This document shows positions 24,201 through 37,169 of a stretch of DNA of 64,000 nucleotides, piece by piece. Position numbers and translations under genes: made by a program. The notes under the pieces were generated by a model. It was given only the letters and a program-made list of their open reading frames with translations. It made no database searches and was not told where the DNA came from. Origin of the DNA: Hormiphora californensis (taxonomy: Eukaryota; Animalia; Ctenophora); contig CM035362.1 in assembly GCA_020137815.1 (NCBI GenBank), positions 3,410,001-3,474,000 on the forward strand, read 5' to 3'. The first letter of the stretch is position 1; each line of letters starts with the position of its first letter.

Positions 24201-26960
24201 TAGCTTTTATCCCTTCAAAGGATTATTTGTGCCCTCAAAAACAAAAAATTTAGAGAGGGTTATTTAAAAAAAGGCCTAAAAAACATTTTTTTAGCCTCCG
24301 GAGAAGCCGGCCATTAAAAAAATGTCTTCGATTTCCGAGTGAGTAGATTTGGACGTGGTGTTTTGTGTTTTTTTCAAAATACCGTAGAACTAGCTGATGA
24401 CAAACAATCTAGCCACTAGACATAGTGTAGCGCCTTCTTCCAGACGGTCTAGAATGCCAGACGAGTCATATATGACCTATCGCCCTCAAGGGAGTTAAAG
24501 ATTAGGTGGGTCAAAGTGAGGGAAACTGGGTCAAGTTGCGAAAGTTTCTTAGAGTTTAGGCGAAAAGTAAAGGGGAAAGTTCTTAGAGATAAAGTTTCTT
24601 AGAGATTAAAGTTTTTAGAGATAAAATTCTTAGAATGAAGATGGGTCAAAGTAGAAGGTTTTCTTAGAGATTAGGTGGGTCAAAGTGGGAAATGTTTCAA
24701 GAGATTAGGAGTCAAAGTGGGAAAGTTCTTAGAGATTAGGAAGGTTAAGGTGGAAGAAAGTTCCTTAGAGAATTAGGGGGGCGGGGGGTTCGCGTTCAAA
24801 AGTGGCAAAGTTTCTTAGAAATTAGGTGCGCGTCAAAGTGAGACAGTCTTCTTAGAGATCAGGTGGGTCAAAGTGGAGAAAGTGCCGATCAAAGTGAAGA
24901 GGTTACTAGAGATTCGGAAAAGTTTTTAGAGATTGGGAAAGTTTACTTTGAGATTAAGATGCGGTCAAAGTCGAAAGTTTTTTTAGAGATTAGGGGGTCA
25001 AAGTGGAAAAGTTTCTTGCGGATTAGGTGGGTCAAAGTGCGCAAAGTTTCTTGGAGAGAATAGATGAGTCAAAAGTGAGAAGGTCTCTTATGATCAGCAT
25101 GGGTCAAGTGGGAAAGAGAGATGAGGATTAGCTGCGATCAAGTGGAAGTTAATTGAAGAATAAGATGAGTCCAAAGTGCGCAGTAGTTTCTTAGACATTA
25201 GATGGGTCAAAAGAGATGCCGTCTCCTCTGAGATAAGGTTTTTCTTAGAAATAAGGTTTTAGAATTTGCGTTCTTAGAGATAAGGTTCTTAGAGAGAAGG
25301 TTTCTTGAGATAATGGTTTCTTAGAGATAAGTTTCTTAGAGATAAAGGTCCTTAGAGATCAAAGTTTCTTAGAGATAAAGTTCCTTAGAGATAAAGTTTC
25401 TAAGGAGATAAAGTCCTTAGAGATAAAGTCTCTTAGACATAAGGTTCTTAGAGATTAAGGTTCTCAGAGAGATTAGAGTTTCGTAGAAAAGGGTTTTCTT
25501 AGAAATTACAGGGATATCTTAGAGAAATTAAGGTTTCTTAGATATAAGGTTTCTTAGAGATAAGGTTTCTTAGAGCATAAGGTTCTAGAGATAAGGTTTG
25601 CTTAACGTTCTTAGAGATAGGTTTCTTAGAGATAAGGGTTCTTAGAGATAAGTTCTTAGAGATAAAGTTTCTTAGAGATAAAGCTTCCTTAGAGATACAA
25701 TTTCTTAGAGATAAGTTCCTTAGCCAGATCAGTTTCTTAAGAGATAAGGTTTTAGATGATAAGGTTTCTCTAGAAGATTTACGGTTTCTAGAGATAAGCG
25801 TTCTTAGAGAGAAAGCGTTTCATAGAGCTATAGGTTCTTAGAGATATTAAAGTTTCTTTAAGAGATAAAGTTATTAGAGGATAAGTCCTAGAGATTAAAG
25901 TTCCTTAGCAATAGGTTTCTTAGAGATAGGTGGCTTTTTAGAGAAAGCTTTCTTAGAGATAAGCCGTTTCTAGAGATAAAGTTTCTCTAGAGATAAAGGT
26001 TTCTTAGAGATAAAGTTCCTTAGAGATAAAGTTCTTAGAGATAAGGTTTCTTAGACGATTGATGGTTGGTCAAAGTGGGAAAGTTTCTTAGAGATAAGAT
26101 GGTCAAAGTGAGAAGCGTCTCTAGAGGTGCGGGTCGCGTCAAAGTGGAAGGATTTCTTAGCGATAGATGCCGTTCCCAAAGTGCGAGAAGGTTTCTTAGA
26201 GATGAGCATTGAGTGTAGAGTCAAAGTGGGAAAGTGTTGAAGATAAGATGAGTTTCTTAGAGATTAAGATGGCTTCAAAGTGAGAAGGGTTCTTAAAAGA
26301 TTAGAGTGCGGGGTCAAAGTGAGAAAGTGGGTCTCAAAGGGGGAAGTTTCTGTATAGTTTAGGAAAGTTAAAGTGGAAAGGATTTTAGAGATAAAGTTTC
26401 TTAGAGATAAAGGTTCTTAGAGATTAAAGTTTCTTAGATATAAGATTGGACAAAGTGAAGAAGTTCTAACGAGATTAGGCGCGTGGTCAAAAGTCGGCGA
26501 ATGTTCTTCAGAGTTTAGGTTTGCCGTCAAAGTAGGAAAGTTTCTTAGATATAAGATGCGCGTCAAAGTGAGAGGTTTCTTAGAGAATTAGGTGCGTCAA
26601 AGTGGGAATGAGTTTCTTCGAGCAGATTGAAGTTTCTAGAGATTGCGGAAAGTTTTCTTGAGATTAGCATGCCGGCTCAAAGTAGGGCAAAGTTTCTTAG
26701 AGCATTAGGGGGGTCAAAGTGGAAAAGTTCTTTGATATATAGGTGGCCGTCAAAGTGGGAAAGTTTCTTGGAGATCAGAAGATGAGTCAAGTGAGAATGT
26801 GTCTGAGCGATTCAGACTGCGTGTCCAAAGTGGGAAAGCTTTCTTGGAGATAAGATAGGTCAAAGTGAGAAGGTTTCTTAGAGATACAGATGGGTCAAAG
26901 TGGGAAAGTTTCTTAGAGTCGTGGATTGAGTGGCGTCAAAGTTGGAAGTTCTTAGAGATT
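21300..26960 (+). repeat. Second, shorter copy of the satellite array (interrupted at 21825-24494)
   Basis: Same 16/34-bp units. Only one GATGAGCATTGAG block (~26201). Confidence 0.9.
21825..24494. mobile_element. Non-autonomous piggyBac-like foldback element
   Basis: TTAA at both 21821-21824 and 24495-24498; a single TTAA at the empty site in copy 1 (5400-5403). Imperfect termini CCTTTAAGGCG/CGCCCTCAAGGGAG. Internal inverted arms ~21960-22870 vs ~23250-24120 contain ~180-bp tandem units. Confidence 0.8.
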
Positions 26961-27047
26961 ACCAAAAATAATAATTTTTGATATTTGGTTAACTGCCGAA
27001 GAAGCCGCGACCAGATGGAACTACTCAATAAGTGCCTTTCGCTCACA

Positions 27048-27892
27048 CAGCCTGTCGACACACTACACTCAAATCTCAGTAATTTCAAATTTTCGCCCCT
27101 TCAAATGTGTAGAATACTAAATGCAAACTGAACCTGCGGGGAGGTGCCATCTCATAACTCACCTGGGCTAGCCACCAGAGTCCAAAAAACCACTCAAAAA
27201 GCGTCAAAAATCAATTTCGATCTTGCCAGGAAAACGACGGCATCACGAGATCCTCGTCAAATTCTAAGGCATCCTCGTATAATTCTCAGCCTCCCCAATT
27301 CAGACCAGTTCCGGAGAATGAGCGTATGAAAAGAAGCAAAAAGGCGAACAATATCATGGGCCGTAAGGCGCTCAACTGCCTAAAATAGATGACTGAGGAA
27401 TTCCTGTTGTTTAGTCTATTGTAACAATCTCCACGTGCGCTCTCTCTTTTCTGCCCAACTTACCCCTTTTCCCCTTCCAAGATCAGAAAAGAAGAGCGCA
27501 AGTGAGATTGTTACAATAGACTAAACACATGGAATTCAGGCATCTATTTTTAGCCAGTTGCAGCCCTTCCTCCCATATATTGTTCACTTTTAGCTTATTT
27601 CATCGCCGCATTTCTCCGAACTGGTATATGAATTGCGATGAGCCTAAGAATTATAGAGGATGCCTTATGAATTTGACGAGGAATCTCGTAGCATGCCGGT
27701 AACGCTCTTCCTCAAATCGGACAATTGATTTTTATTATAGACCTTTTTGAGTGTTTCTGAGACCTCTGGTGGCTGACCCAGTGGGTTATGAGATAGTGCC
27801 ACCTCCAGCAGTTTCAATTTAGTAGTCTACACATTTGCAACAGAAAAATTTGAAAGTATGAGATTTGAAGTGTAGTTGTCGAAGGACTGCTG
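27048..27892. mobile_element. ~845-bp foldback DNA element, apparent 3-bp TSD (ACA)
   Basis: Whole element is self-complementary (CAG..TGTCGACACACTACACTCAAATCTC / GAGATTTGAAGTGTAGTTGTCGA..CTG). Empty site GCTCACAATATT at ~16708 in copy 1. Confidence 0.75.
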
Positions 27893-28214
27893 ACAATATT
27901 ATATCTTCTTACCGTATAATTCAGTTTCAGACAAAATGGGTTTTCATTACCGTTTTCCCACTATAAGCAAAAGTGGATAGACTGCAAGTCATGAGACATA
28001 AACTGGTTCTAATCTGATAGAGTATGGGCCTGACCCTTTCTCTCGGAGCGTGCGATAACCATGGTCATGAGCATGACAATTTGATCAGCCATTGTGCAAG
28101 CAGTAAAGCAGTACCACGCACCAGGATGGCTTAATATACCTTGTTCCCATAACCATTTGAGAATTCAGTTCCATTAGATAACTTATTGTAACAAGGTACT
28201 GTAGTTGGTGTGCC

Positions 28215-29463
28215 ATGGGGGACGGACAGCACTGTTGTGCTGAGTATCAAATAGATGAAGAAGCGATGCGACGAACGACTACAGGTAAGGGAGTCTTCTG
28301 TCAGAGCATTGGGGAAAACAGTCGTGCTGAACCTCAGGTCAAGTGCAATGCTATTTTTGCACTGAGATCTCAGGTTTCAGTGACGGCTATTCCCTGAAAT
28401 AAGGCAACAGCCGTCCTGAAACCTGAGATCTCAGGTTCAGTGAAAATAGCAGTGCCACTGACCTGAGGTTAGGCACGACTGTTTCCCCAATGGCCTGACA
28501 AGAGATCTTCTCTTCAGGGTGCGGAGGTGTTAAAGGAAACCAAGCGACTATCGTCAATGCGGTTGTGGTCGACACTAAACTAAATAGTTCATTGTTATCC
28601 CTACAGGCACTGAACGACAAGATTCGCGAGGCTCTGAAAGCTGAGCCTGCGAGATTGTCCACCAGGACTCAGTGCCCTCTCTCCTCACTCCCATTTGGTG
28701 TATTGATTCTCTACTCCATGCTTGATATCCTACACAAGTCTTACAGGGAAGCGGTAAATGTTAAGCATTCTCACAAATATGGTTAAACATTGTTAACCAT
28801 TATATCTCTTGAGAAATATACCGCACGTTTTTTACATAACTCAGCAACTTCGTGTCGATTCTGTCAGTCCAATGTAAAACCCATGCAGCCGGCGGGTATT
28901 TCCTATGGTTGAGTTATGGATCCCTGCTGGGTACTCCAGACAGGGGATTATACCCTCGGGAGATGATTAGAGTTGTGTGTAGCGCGAGAGGGATAGCGAC
29001 AGGACAATGGGCTCTCAGGAGCAGTTCAGGATCATAGGGCATGAAATTAGAGCGACATATTGAGAATGAGGGGGGAGTTGCTAGCATCAAACAAATGTTT
29101 AGCACACTCAAAAAACCACACACGTGAGTGGATGGCACGGGACATCAGAGGCCCCTTGTCATGAGTACGTTCTTACTCCACACCACAGTGATCAATACAC
29201 CTCCATGCGTACGGCGGGGGAGCCTCCTACCTCAACCATTGATCACATCCCAATACAAGAGGTAATTGGTCCGATCGGAAAGCCTGTTCCCGCCAAAACC
29301 AGAGGCAATCAACATGGCTGCGTATTGGGAGGATGTATGAGGTCGCTAGACTGGATTTCTCAATCACACGCTGAAGGGAGCTCATTACGAGGACAGGAGT
29401 GTTCGATCCTACAGATTACCTTGTGAGTCCCTGCAAAGACCAATTATTCGCATCAACAAGTAA
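28215..29463 (+). pseudogene. licD: Second LicD copy with many frameshifts (probably sequencing errors in an allelic copy)
   Basis: Collinear with 17040-18298 ([17 protein letters not shown]; WLSYGSLLG). Indel density matches the flanking non-coding DNA. Confidence 0.6.
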
Positions 29464-31460
29464 ACAACCATCAGAATCGTTATTTAGTCACAGGACTGGT
29501 TATCAGCCAATCAGGACATATTACTGATTCGGTCGGTTCTTCCACTGATATTAACACTATCTAACGAATGTTTAGTATAGTCGTCTAGACGCCCGTTCCA
29601 ACGCCTGTCTCCCTATAGTCTAACGCGATATTTTGACCTAAGACGGGCCTTGTATGAGTATGACGAGATCAGACTTTTCAGATATCATATTGGACGGGAC
29701 CTCTGTATCTCATTTCTTCAGTTCACATGAGAGGGAGAGGCGTAGCCGAGGAAGGAGGCGGAGGGGTTCAAACCTATAACGCGCCAAGTGGCAAGAGTTT
29801 AACTAGGTTATATACCCTCCGCTTTGAAGTATGTCTTGCTCTGTTCAAGTATTAAACACTAACAAAGGAGAGAACACTAATCAAAACACACACAGGAGAA
29901 CTGAAACACGTTCAAAACACTCTCATATGAGGTGACAACTGTTTGTTAACAGTACAATCCGTTTGCTCAAGGAATAGGAGTAGTGAAAGAAATATCCTGA
30001 ATAAGGGCATGTCAACAACATAACAACAGAGGACAGAGCATAGTGAGACAAAGCGGGAGAATAAGATAGAAGTAATTGAACGGAATGTGTTCCTTTCTTT
30101 CTCAAATCAATGTAGTGTGTAAGATTGCTTGCAAATAGTTGTTTCCCGATCGTGTATTTTGTCAAGAACTGAATCACTTTACACACACTTTTGAATGTTA
30201 CACAAATAAATAACCTCGCCAGTGGAATATCTTGCCGCTGGACTCGCGCTGTTTATTGAGAAGCCGCGCCAGTGGGAACGGGTCTCTTTGCGCAACTGCG
30301 GCGCAATTATATTTAAGTAGCAGGCCACCTATGATAAATCAGTTCTACAGCGCTAGCGCGTGATGAAAACTCGTATCAGCAACTTTGTCTGCGTTTCATA
30401 TGTACTATCCTTGTAGGTCAACTGTGACCAAAAAAACAACCTTAGTCTGAGTTGTTGAGTAACTCAACAAGTCAACAAGTCAGACTCAGAGCATTAGCCT
30501 GACAGGAGTCAGACGGGCTAGAGACGGGGTCGGGGCTTCAGATGGGGTTGGAACGGCGTCTAGATCAGACGGTCTTGAGATGTGACTGGACCTTGTTATG
30601 TTTTAATTACATTTGTAAATGAAGCGGAGCCTCGCTTTAAAATGGCGCGCCGTCGGCTACGAAACTGAGCTGGACCTATTGAATTGTGTTTTGAGCGTGT
30701 ATTTTATTCTAAATGTATGCGTTCCACTGTTCAACTAAACTGTTTTAAGTCGTGTATTTCCTCCATTTCCTTCTAATCCATCGGGAATTATAGTTTTTGA
30801 ATACCTAGACTTCTAGCACCAGAAGGGTTGGAAGATTGGAATTTTAATTTGGAACTATAGTTCCAATTCCCACTCGGTCATTGCAGTCATGAGATGGATC
30901 GCAACCCTTGAACCCCTGAAATCTACCAGCACAAAACCGTCGTTCGCATTCACCCACACTATTTTAGATCAATTGAAGGTCATGTTTACATTGAGAGAAA
31001 TGACTAGAGGAATGGGAGAGCCGAGTAAAAAGGAGTCTCCAGCTGCTGAGCCCTACTCAAGGCAGATCACGACTAAAAATGAACGCATATCCTCTAACCC
31101 TTTGGAGACGATTGAGGATGAACATCTTCCTAGACCATAGCTTCCTTATTCCTGGCCGTTCAACTAGGATTCAAATAAGTGTCCCCTCTCCTCCAGAAAG
31201 TTGTTTTTTTTTTTTTAGAATTCTGTCGACCGGGGGCTATGTCCCCAAAGAGGTTGACAAAATAACAGCTCTATACTATCTAGTCGAGCATGGGATTAGC
31301 GGTCCTCCACTGCTAATCAATGCCAAATGTGAGTTAAGTTTTTCCACTTATTATTTTGGTCAACTAGAACAATGGTAAGATGCTGGTCTGAGTCAGGATT
31401 CAATAAAGAGAGTGTTGACATGTTGCCTAAAACGTTGAGTTAGGTACATCGCAGTTCGCA

Positions 31461-31702
31461 CTTTGCATGATTTAGATTTAACCCATTTCCTTTATTCTTG
31501 ATTAGTCATGGTGTTATGTTGTATATGTTCTAACTCTCCTTTACGATCGGAGCTCGCGAAAAGGGGGTCGAGCTAGGCAATAGCTTTGCATGATTTAGAT
31601 TTAACCCAATTACTCTTCTTTTATTCTTGATTAGTCATGGTGTTATGTTCTAACTCTCCTTTACGACCGGAGCTCGCGAAAAGGGGGTCGAGCTAGGCAA
31701 TA
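31461..31702 (+). repeat. ~120-bp direct tandem duplication at the end of the duplicated block
   Basis: CTTTGCATGATTTAGATTTAACCC...GGGGTCGAGCTAGGCAATAG occurs twice. Confidence 0.85.
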
Positions 31703-31847
31703 GTCATGTATAGCATGGATGATTTTTAATGTGTACCTACGGCTACATAGCGCTTTCTCTTTTTATTTAGTTGGCAAAAACAAACACTACAGAGTGAGTC
31801 GCTTTCTCTCTCTATTTTTCTCTCCGTCTCTCCTGCAGTATGCACTA

Positions 31848-32645
31848 GGGTAAACCGGGGCAATTCGACAACCTGGGGCAATTCGATAAGTACTGCCCCG
31901 TCTCTCACCTAGTTAGAGCTATCATAATGACGTCATCCTATCTCAGAAGAAAAACTGCTCGTTCGAGCCTGCCTGCCGTTACCACTAAATAGGCTCTAGA
32001 TCAATTTCCGTATTTGAAAAAACAGCCTGAAAGCTAAAATGCATCAGCTTTCAGATGGTATAAAATATTTAAAAAAAAAATAGTTCGCGTTTCTCATTCC
32101 AAAATTCGGTAAATTAATGATTACCGGGGCAATTCCGAGAACAAACGGGGGGGCAATTCGAAAATGGGCAATTGGTTAACACAAAAGGGGGCATGTGGTT
32201 AAATCCCGGGCCAATGATGTGCAGTGCTTGTACCACGTGATCCGCGTGATACCGGGGCAATTCGAACAAGAACGACCAGAGTTGTTGTAGATTGCGTGTA
32301 GATTACATTGTTTCGAATTTGCCCCCACCTTCTAACAACACCGGCGGGAATCTTCTTCTGGTGTTGTGGGGACGTTCACGTGAACTACCACGTGACGAAA
32401 TAAAGCACTCCTATGGTGTTGTTCACGAATTTGCCCCCCCCCAGTGGTACCATTTTTTGACCAAAATTTTTTAAATTAGTTATTAGTTAAGTAAATGATG
32501 GTCCCCTAGAGTTGAAATTTATCTGACTTTGAAAGAGAAAATAAGGAACTTATCCTATATAATTTTTTTCATTGTATATTTTTTTTAAATGGGCTAGGTG
32601 AGAACTGAATAAGTAAAAAGTTAACCATTTTGCCCCGGTTTACCC
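31848..32645. mobile_element. TA-flanked non-autonomous TIR element (Tc1/mariner-pogo-like)
   Basis: TA|GGGTAAACCGGGGCAA ... TTGCCCCGGTTTACCC|TA, with internal repeats of CCGGGGCAATTCG. Confidence 0.75.
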
Positions 32646-33120
32646 TATATAAAAAGTAAGTGGATGTAGCTTGTATGTGGCTGTTTTTTGTCTCTCTCTT
32701 CATTGAGGGCTCTCTCTTGAGCTAAATCATATTTCATAATCGTATCTCGACGTATCGTGTCGTCTCTACCCCAAGCGGCAAGCAATTATACCCCTTATTA
32801 TATTGCTGAACACTTATACACTTTGGTCAGTTAGGGAGATGCAGATATAGAAGACGTGCTAAATGAATTTAGTACTGCATTCCTCCATATCACTCCTACA
32901 CTTGTTAGGTTTGCATAACTGCAGTTTTGAACGGCTCCCGGACTAGTCCAGTCGGTTATAAGTCTAAACACCGTTTTGAACTGGTCGGTTATTGATGCAG
33001 TACTTGGTCACTGATCAGCACCCCGCATCTTGTCTACCGCACCCTCACACAACCCACACCCTTTAAATCATACGGTGTATTGTTTGTGGCTATAATGCGG
33101 GGTTGATCTATAATACCGAA

Positions 33121-33226
33121 CCCTCTCACAACCCGCACCCTCACACAACCCGCACCCTCACACAACCCGCACCCTCACACAACCCGCACCCTCACACAAC
33201 CCGCACCCTCACACAACCCACACCCT
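33121..33226 (+). repeat. 17-bp minisatellite ACCCTCACACAACCCGC, inside a larger local duplication (~33040-33290)
   Basis: About 6 tandem units. Confidence 0.85.
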
Positions 33227-33359
33227 CGATACGATGTATTGTTCGTGTCTATAATGCGGGGTTGATCTATATAACCGAACCCTCTCACAACTGCGGGGCT
33301 GATATTGCAGTACGTCTCTGATACATGTAGGTCGTACATGATGCGGAACAAGTTTCCGT

Positions 33360-33442
<83 letters not shown>

Positions 33443-33599
33443 ACATTGCCCCTACTTGTCACTGCTACTACTCACTACTTCTGTGTGTGCCTCACTATTT
33501 GGTATAGCTGAGTACATGTACGACTTGTATCCTGCTTATTTTAATTTTATATTTTGTAACCCTGCATTGTAGCTTAGAATTAGAGAAAATTTGTAGCTC

Positions 33600-36098
33600 G
33601 GGGTGTCCTCCACGAAACTAAATTCAGTTTAGTGTTGAAATTTAGAAGTCAAGTTAGTGAGCGACTAATATCTCGCTAAACTTTAGATAACCGTCCACGA
33701 ACAACATGTTTCGAGGCTTGGTCCGACCCATGTGATACTGAGGTGTTATACATGTGATAGAATGCGACACCCAATGGGCACTCTCTCTTTTCCATCACGT
33801 GAAGATATCAGCGTGACATACAATAACGTGGAACGTAATGTGTGAATTGAGATAGAGATCCACTGGCCAATCAGGACACTTGATTCTCAATGTGCGATAA
33901 TTAATAGCCAGTGCCACACCTGAGAGGGGGATAACGAGAGGGGCAATGGGCATAATGAAAGGGGGAACCGGGAATGAGAGATTGGGAGATAGGAGGGAAA
34001 GAGTCAAGAGATGGAGAATGAGATATGAGAATGAGTTTGGGAAAGAGAGGAGAATGAGAAGGGGGGGGGGAATTAGAGGGGGAATGAGAGGGGGATAATG
34101 AGCGGGGGAGTGAAAGATTGGGATATAGTGGGAATGAGAGGGGGAATGAGAGGGGGAATGAGAGATGGGAATGAGTTTGGGAGAGAAGAGGGAATGAGAG
34201 GGGAGAATGAGAGGGGGGACTGAGATTGGGAGAGAGGGGAATGAGAGGGGAATGAGAGAGAAGGAGAGAGAGAGAGAGACTATAAGAGAGGTATATGTAC
34301 TTACTTTTGATACTTTTGCTATGATTTTGCTAGTTAAACATAATACAGGCAATTCTATCCGGTATAATATTTCATTTTGGCCCCCTAGTACATATCTTGG
34401 CAGGTGCACAGTTGCTCGACAGTCTATTTCTGGCTGCTATTTCTGGCTGCTATTTCTGGCTGCTATTTCTGGCTGCTATTTCTGGCTGCAAGACCTATTT
34501 CTGGCTGCAAGACCTATTTCTGGCTGCAAGACCTATTTCTGGCTGCTAGACCTATTTCTGGCTGCGAGCAGCCAGAAATAGATTTTAGCAGCCAGAAATA
34601 GGGTTTCTCTCACGTGATTTCTCTATCTCTGTATGGGATACGAGAGACGAATCAGTGAAGTAATTCGGTATCTGCAACTAATTGGGTATCATGGGATACG
34701 GGAGACGAATCGGTGAAATGATTCGGTATCTGCAACGAATTGGGTATGGGATACGGGACCTGCCAAATTAGTTGCAGATCGAGTATGGTGTTGTCCTCAT
34801 TCGGGCGCTGCTGCTGCACGTGTTGGCGAGGAAGATGGTGGTCGCATAGGAACTGGTCCACTATGGTGCGTATTCGGATCCAGGTTTACGGTCCTCGATA
34901 CCTTCCGGCAGGCACACAGGTTGAAACGCCGCAGGATCCGGAGCGGAGATGTGGGCCTGTTCAGAGGGCAGGCCTGAAGCTGGTGTCTTCCCTCCATACA
35001 GAGGGAGCAAATGTCGAGGCTCCTCCTCGATGTTGTCCCCGATCAAGGAGTGTTCGTGGTTTTGTCGTTTCGTGGGAGAGAAGGTATAGGAACTGTCCGG
35101 TGGCGGCATAATTGATTGCGATGCCTTGACGTCAAAAATTTGGCCTTTTATAATGGATTGTCATAATATTAATGGGTCCCACCCACCTTGTTTGTGACAC
35201 GAGGCATGAAAAGTTACACGATAAGAGATCTGTTTATCGGTTATGCTATCCCGACATATTACACAGCGTGATATGAGATCAGTTTATCGGTGATTTGACG
35301 CAATGGGTGTGATAACACATATTCGATGGCGTAAATTTCAAGTTGGGAGCTAGGGGACCCTATTTCTGGCTGCTATTTCTGGCTGCTAAATCTATTTCTG
35401 GCTGCTTGCAGCCAGAAATAGGTCTAGCAGCCAGAAATAGGTCTTGCAGCCAGAAATAGGTCTAGCAGCCAGAAATAGCAGCCAGAAATAGCAGCCAGAA
35501 ATAGCAGCCAGAAATAGACTGTCGAGCAACTGTGCACCTGCCCATATCTTGAGAAGTACTGTCTAATTATACTCTTTCATATATCCTCTCATATTTCTGG
35601 GGTATGCACATAAGGAATTCTCTCTCTCCCTCTTATCTCGTTCCTTTAAAATGATTTTTTCAATTTTAAACAGTTTCAATATCTCAAGTTCATCATGTAA
35701 GCATGTATGTCAAAGACAGTCGTGGCCATTTTGGCATGTTTGGGTCATTTTGGGGTCGTTTTGGGAACGCATTTCCACAATAGTAAAATTTAGTTTCAAT
35801 TTAGACAGCGTTTGGGTTGGCTAAATTCTCAGCCTGTTTAGTCGAAATTTTAGTGTTATGTTAGTGGGGCTTATATGGGTTCAGTGTGAAATGGGGCGTG
35901 AAATCACGTGACTTGTACCACGTGGAGGGGGTTTTAGTATGGAACTAATCCCTCTCTAAAACCCTACTCAAAGCACAAAAAACAAACACTAATTCTGTAG
36001 TTCGTGGACGAAATCGATAGAGCTCTCCAATTTTCACACTCAAAAGGCCTAATTAGTCGAGATCTAAAAGTTTAGTACGGTTCGTGGAGGACACCCGG
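33600..36098. mobile_element. ~2.5-kb TIR element carrying a nested insertion
   Basis: CGGGGTGTCCTCCACGAAAC ... GTTCGTGGAGGACACCCGG, plus an inner pair CGTCCACGAAC/GTTCGTGGACG. No clear TSD. Confidence 0.6.
34399..35542. mobile_element. GG-terminated foldback element with 8-bp TSD CATATCTT (Merlin- or Mutator-like)
   Basis: TIR GGCAGGTGCACAGTTGCTCGACAGTC followed by arrays of TATTTCTGGCTGC. TSD at 34391-34398 and 35543-35550. Confidence 0.85.
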
Positions 36099-37075
36099 AA
36101 GTAGTCTAAAAAGGAGTAGTCTAAAAAGGAGTTGGTGATGTTATGGCGCTATGCCCTTTCGTGGGTATTGTTTGCTATGTGGCTGGTAGTGGAGGGGTGA
36201 CTGCGTCACCAACAGCAAGGGAATTGTGGCCTGTAGAAAGCTGTCTGGCGGCCCTAGACCCCGATTTGATTCTCATCGACATAGAGCTCAGATGGGGTCT
36301 GCGGCGCCAGACAGGTAGAAAGGGGCTTCACATTTCAGTTTCACAAGCAAACAGCTCTTAATTGGTTCTTGCAAAAGCTGTCTTAATTATCTCATAAAAC
36401 CCAATTAGTGGGTCTTCAGTTGTGGTTGATTAGAGGTTTAGTTGATTAGAGGCGGGACAGCCCCTCCTTGCAGTAAGTTGACACGCCGCTTTCATGGGTA
36501 TGGCGTGATATGGCGTTCGTGGAATTTGGGTTTGACTGAAACTCAATTCCTACACCCTACAACATTTCTTTTTAATATCGCCCTTTTACTTCTTTTTTCT
36601 CGCAACTTCTCCGTGCCCCTATCTCTTCCACCGTTGTTTGTATGACCCAGGTTTGTATAAAGCGGCTTTGTTAAAGCGCCTTTTCAACAATGTTACAATT
36701 ACGTTGTTGTGACTTGTGATCCAAGGACCAAGCTTTATCTTGGCCAAGATCGAATAAAGTATTGATCTGTGATACCTAGAGGAGTGGAACCCACTCACTA
36801 AGATGTGATATAAAATTCAACCCTCTCCGCATTCCGATCACTGATATGTGTGCCTGAAATTGAGGTTTACCGTTTACCCCAAATTTACTTCCCATAATTT
36901 GTCTTGCAGTATTCTGCACTCTAGTGTATTTGCCAGTCGAGTCAATTATAATAGTGTGCAACTTCATGTAAACTACCAAAATTACTACTCACTAAATTTG
37001 TTCCTGAGAAAATTTTTATGAAGGAGCTGCAGCCCTAACCACCACTCCCTTCCCTCACAGTGATAAATCGTTGCT

Positions 37076-37169
37076 ATGCTCGGTCGAATTGTTCTTGGTT
37101 TCTGTCAAAGGAATGGGACAACAGGAGTTGGAGGACAAATAATTTCAGCTCTCGCTCGATCCAGTTCAG
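37076..37169 (+). CDS. Probable first coding exon of the carbonic anhydrase (transit-peptide-like)
   Basis: Acceptor at 37060, ATG, MLGRIVLGFCQRNGTTGVGGQIISALARSSS, strong donor CAG|GTAAGA. Its phase 1 matches the acceptor at 43876. Confidence 0.55.

Larger units (their letters stand above)
20600..31480 (+). other. Error-rich second copy of ~4200-20480 (likely uncollapsed haplotype or tandem duplication)
   Basis: Collinear matches 4247/20667, 4800/21265, 16640/26965, 17040/28215 and 20060/30982, with dense 1-bp indels. Confidence 0.9.

Noticed and set aside
28215-29463. A genuine LicD paralogue undergoing pseudogenisation
   Set aside because: The indel pattern is uniform across coding and non-coding DNA and resembles raw-read error; it cannot be called a real pseudogene without polishing.
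33795-34601. ORFs of 204, 124 and 65 aa
   Set aside because: They are translations of GA-rich tracts and 13/18-bp subterminal repeats.
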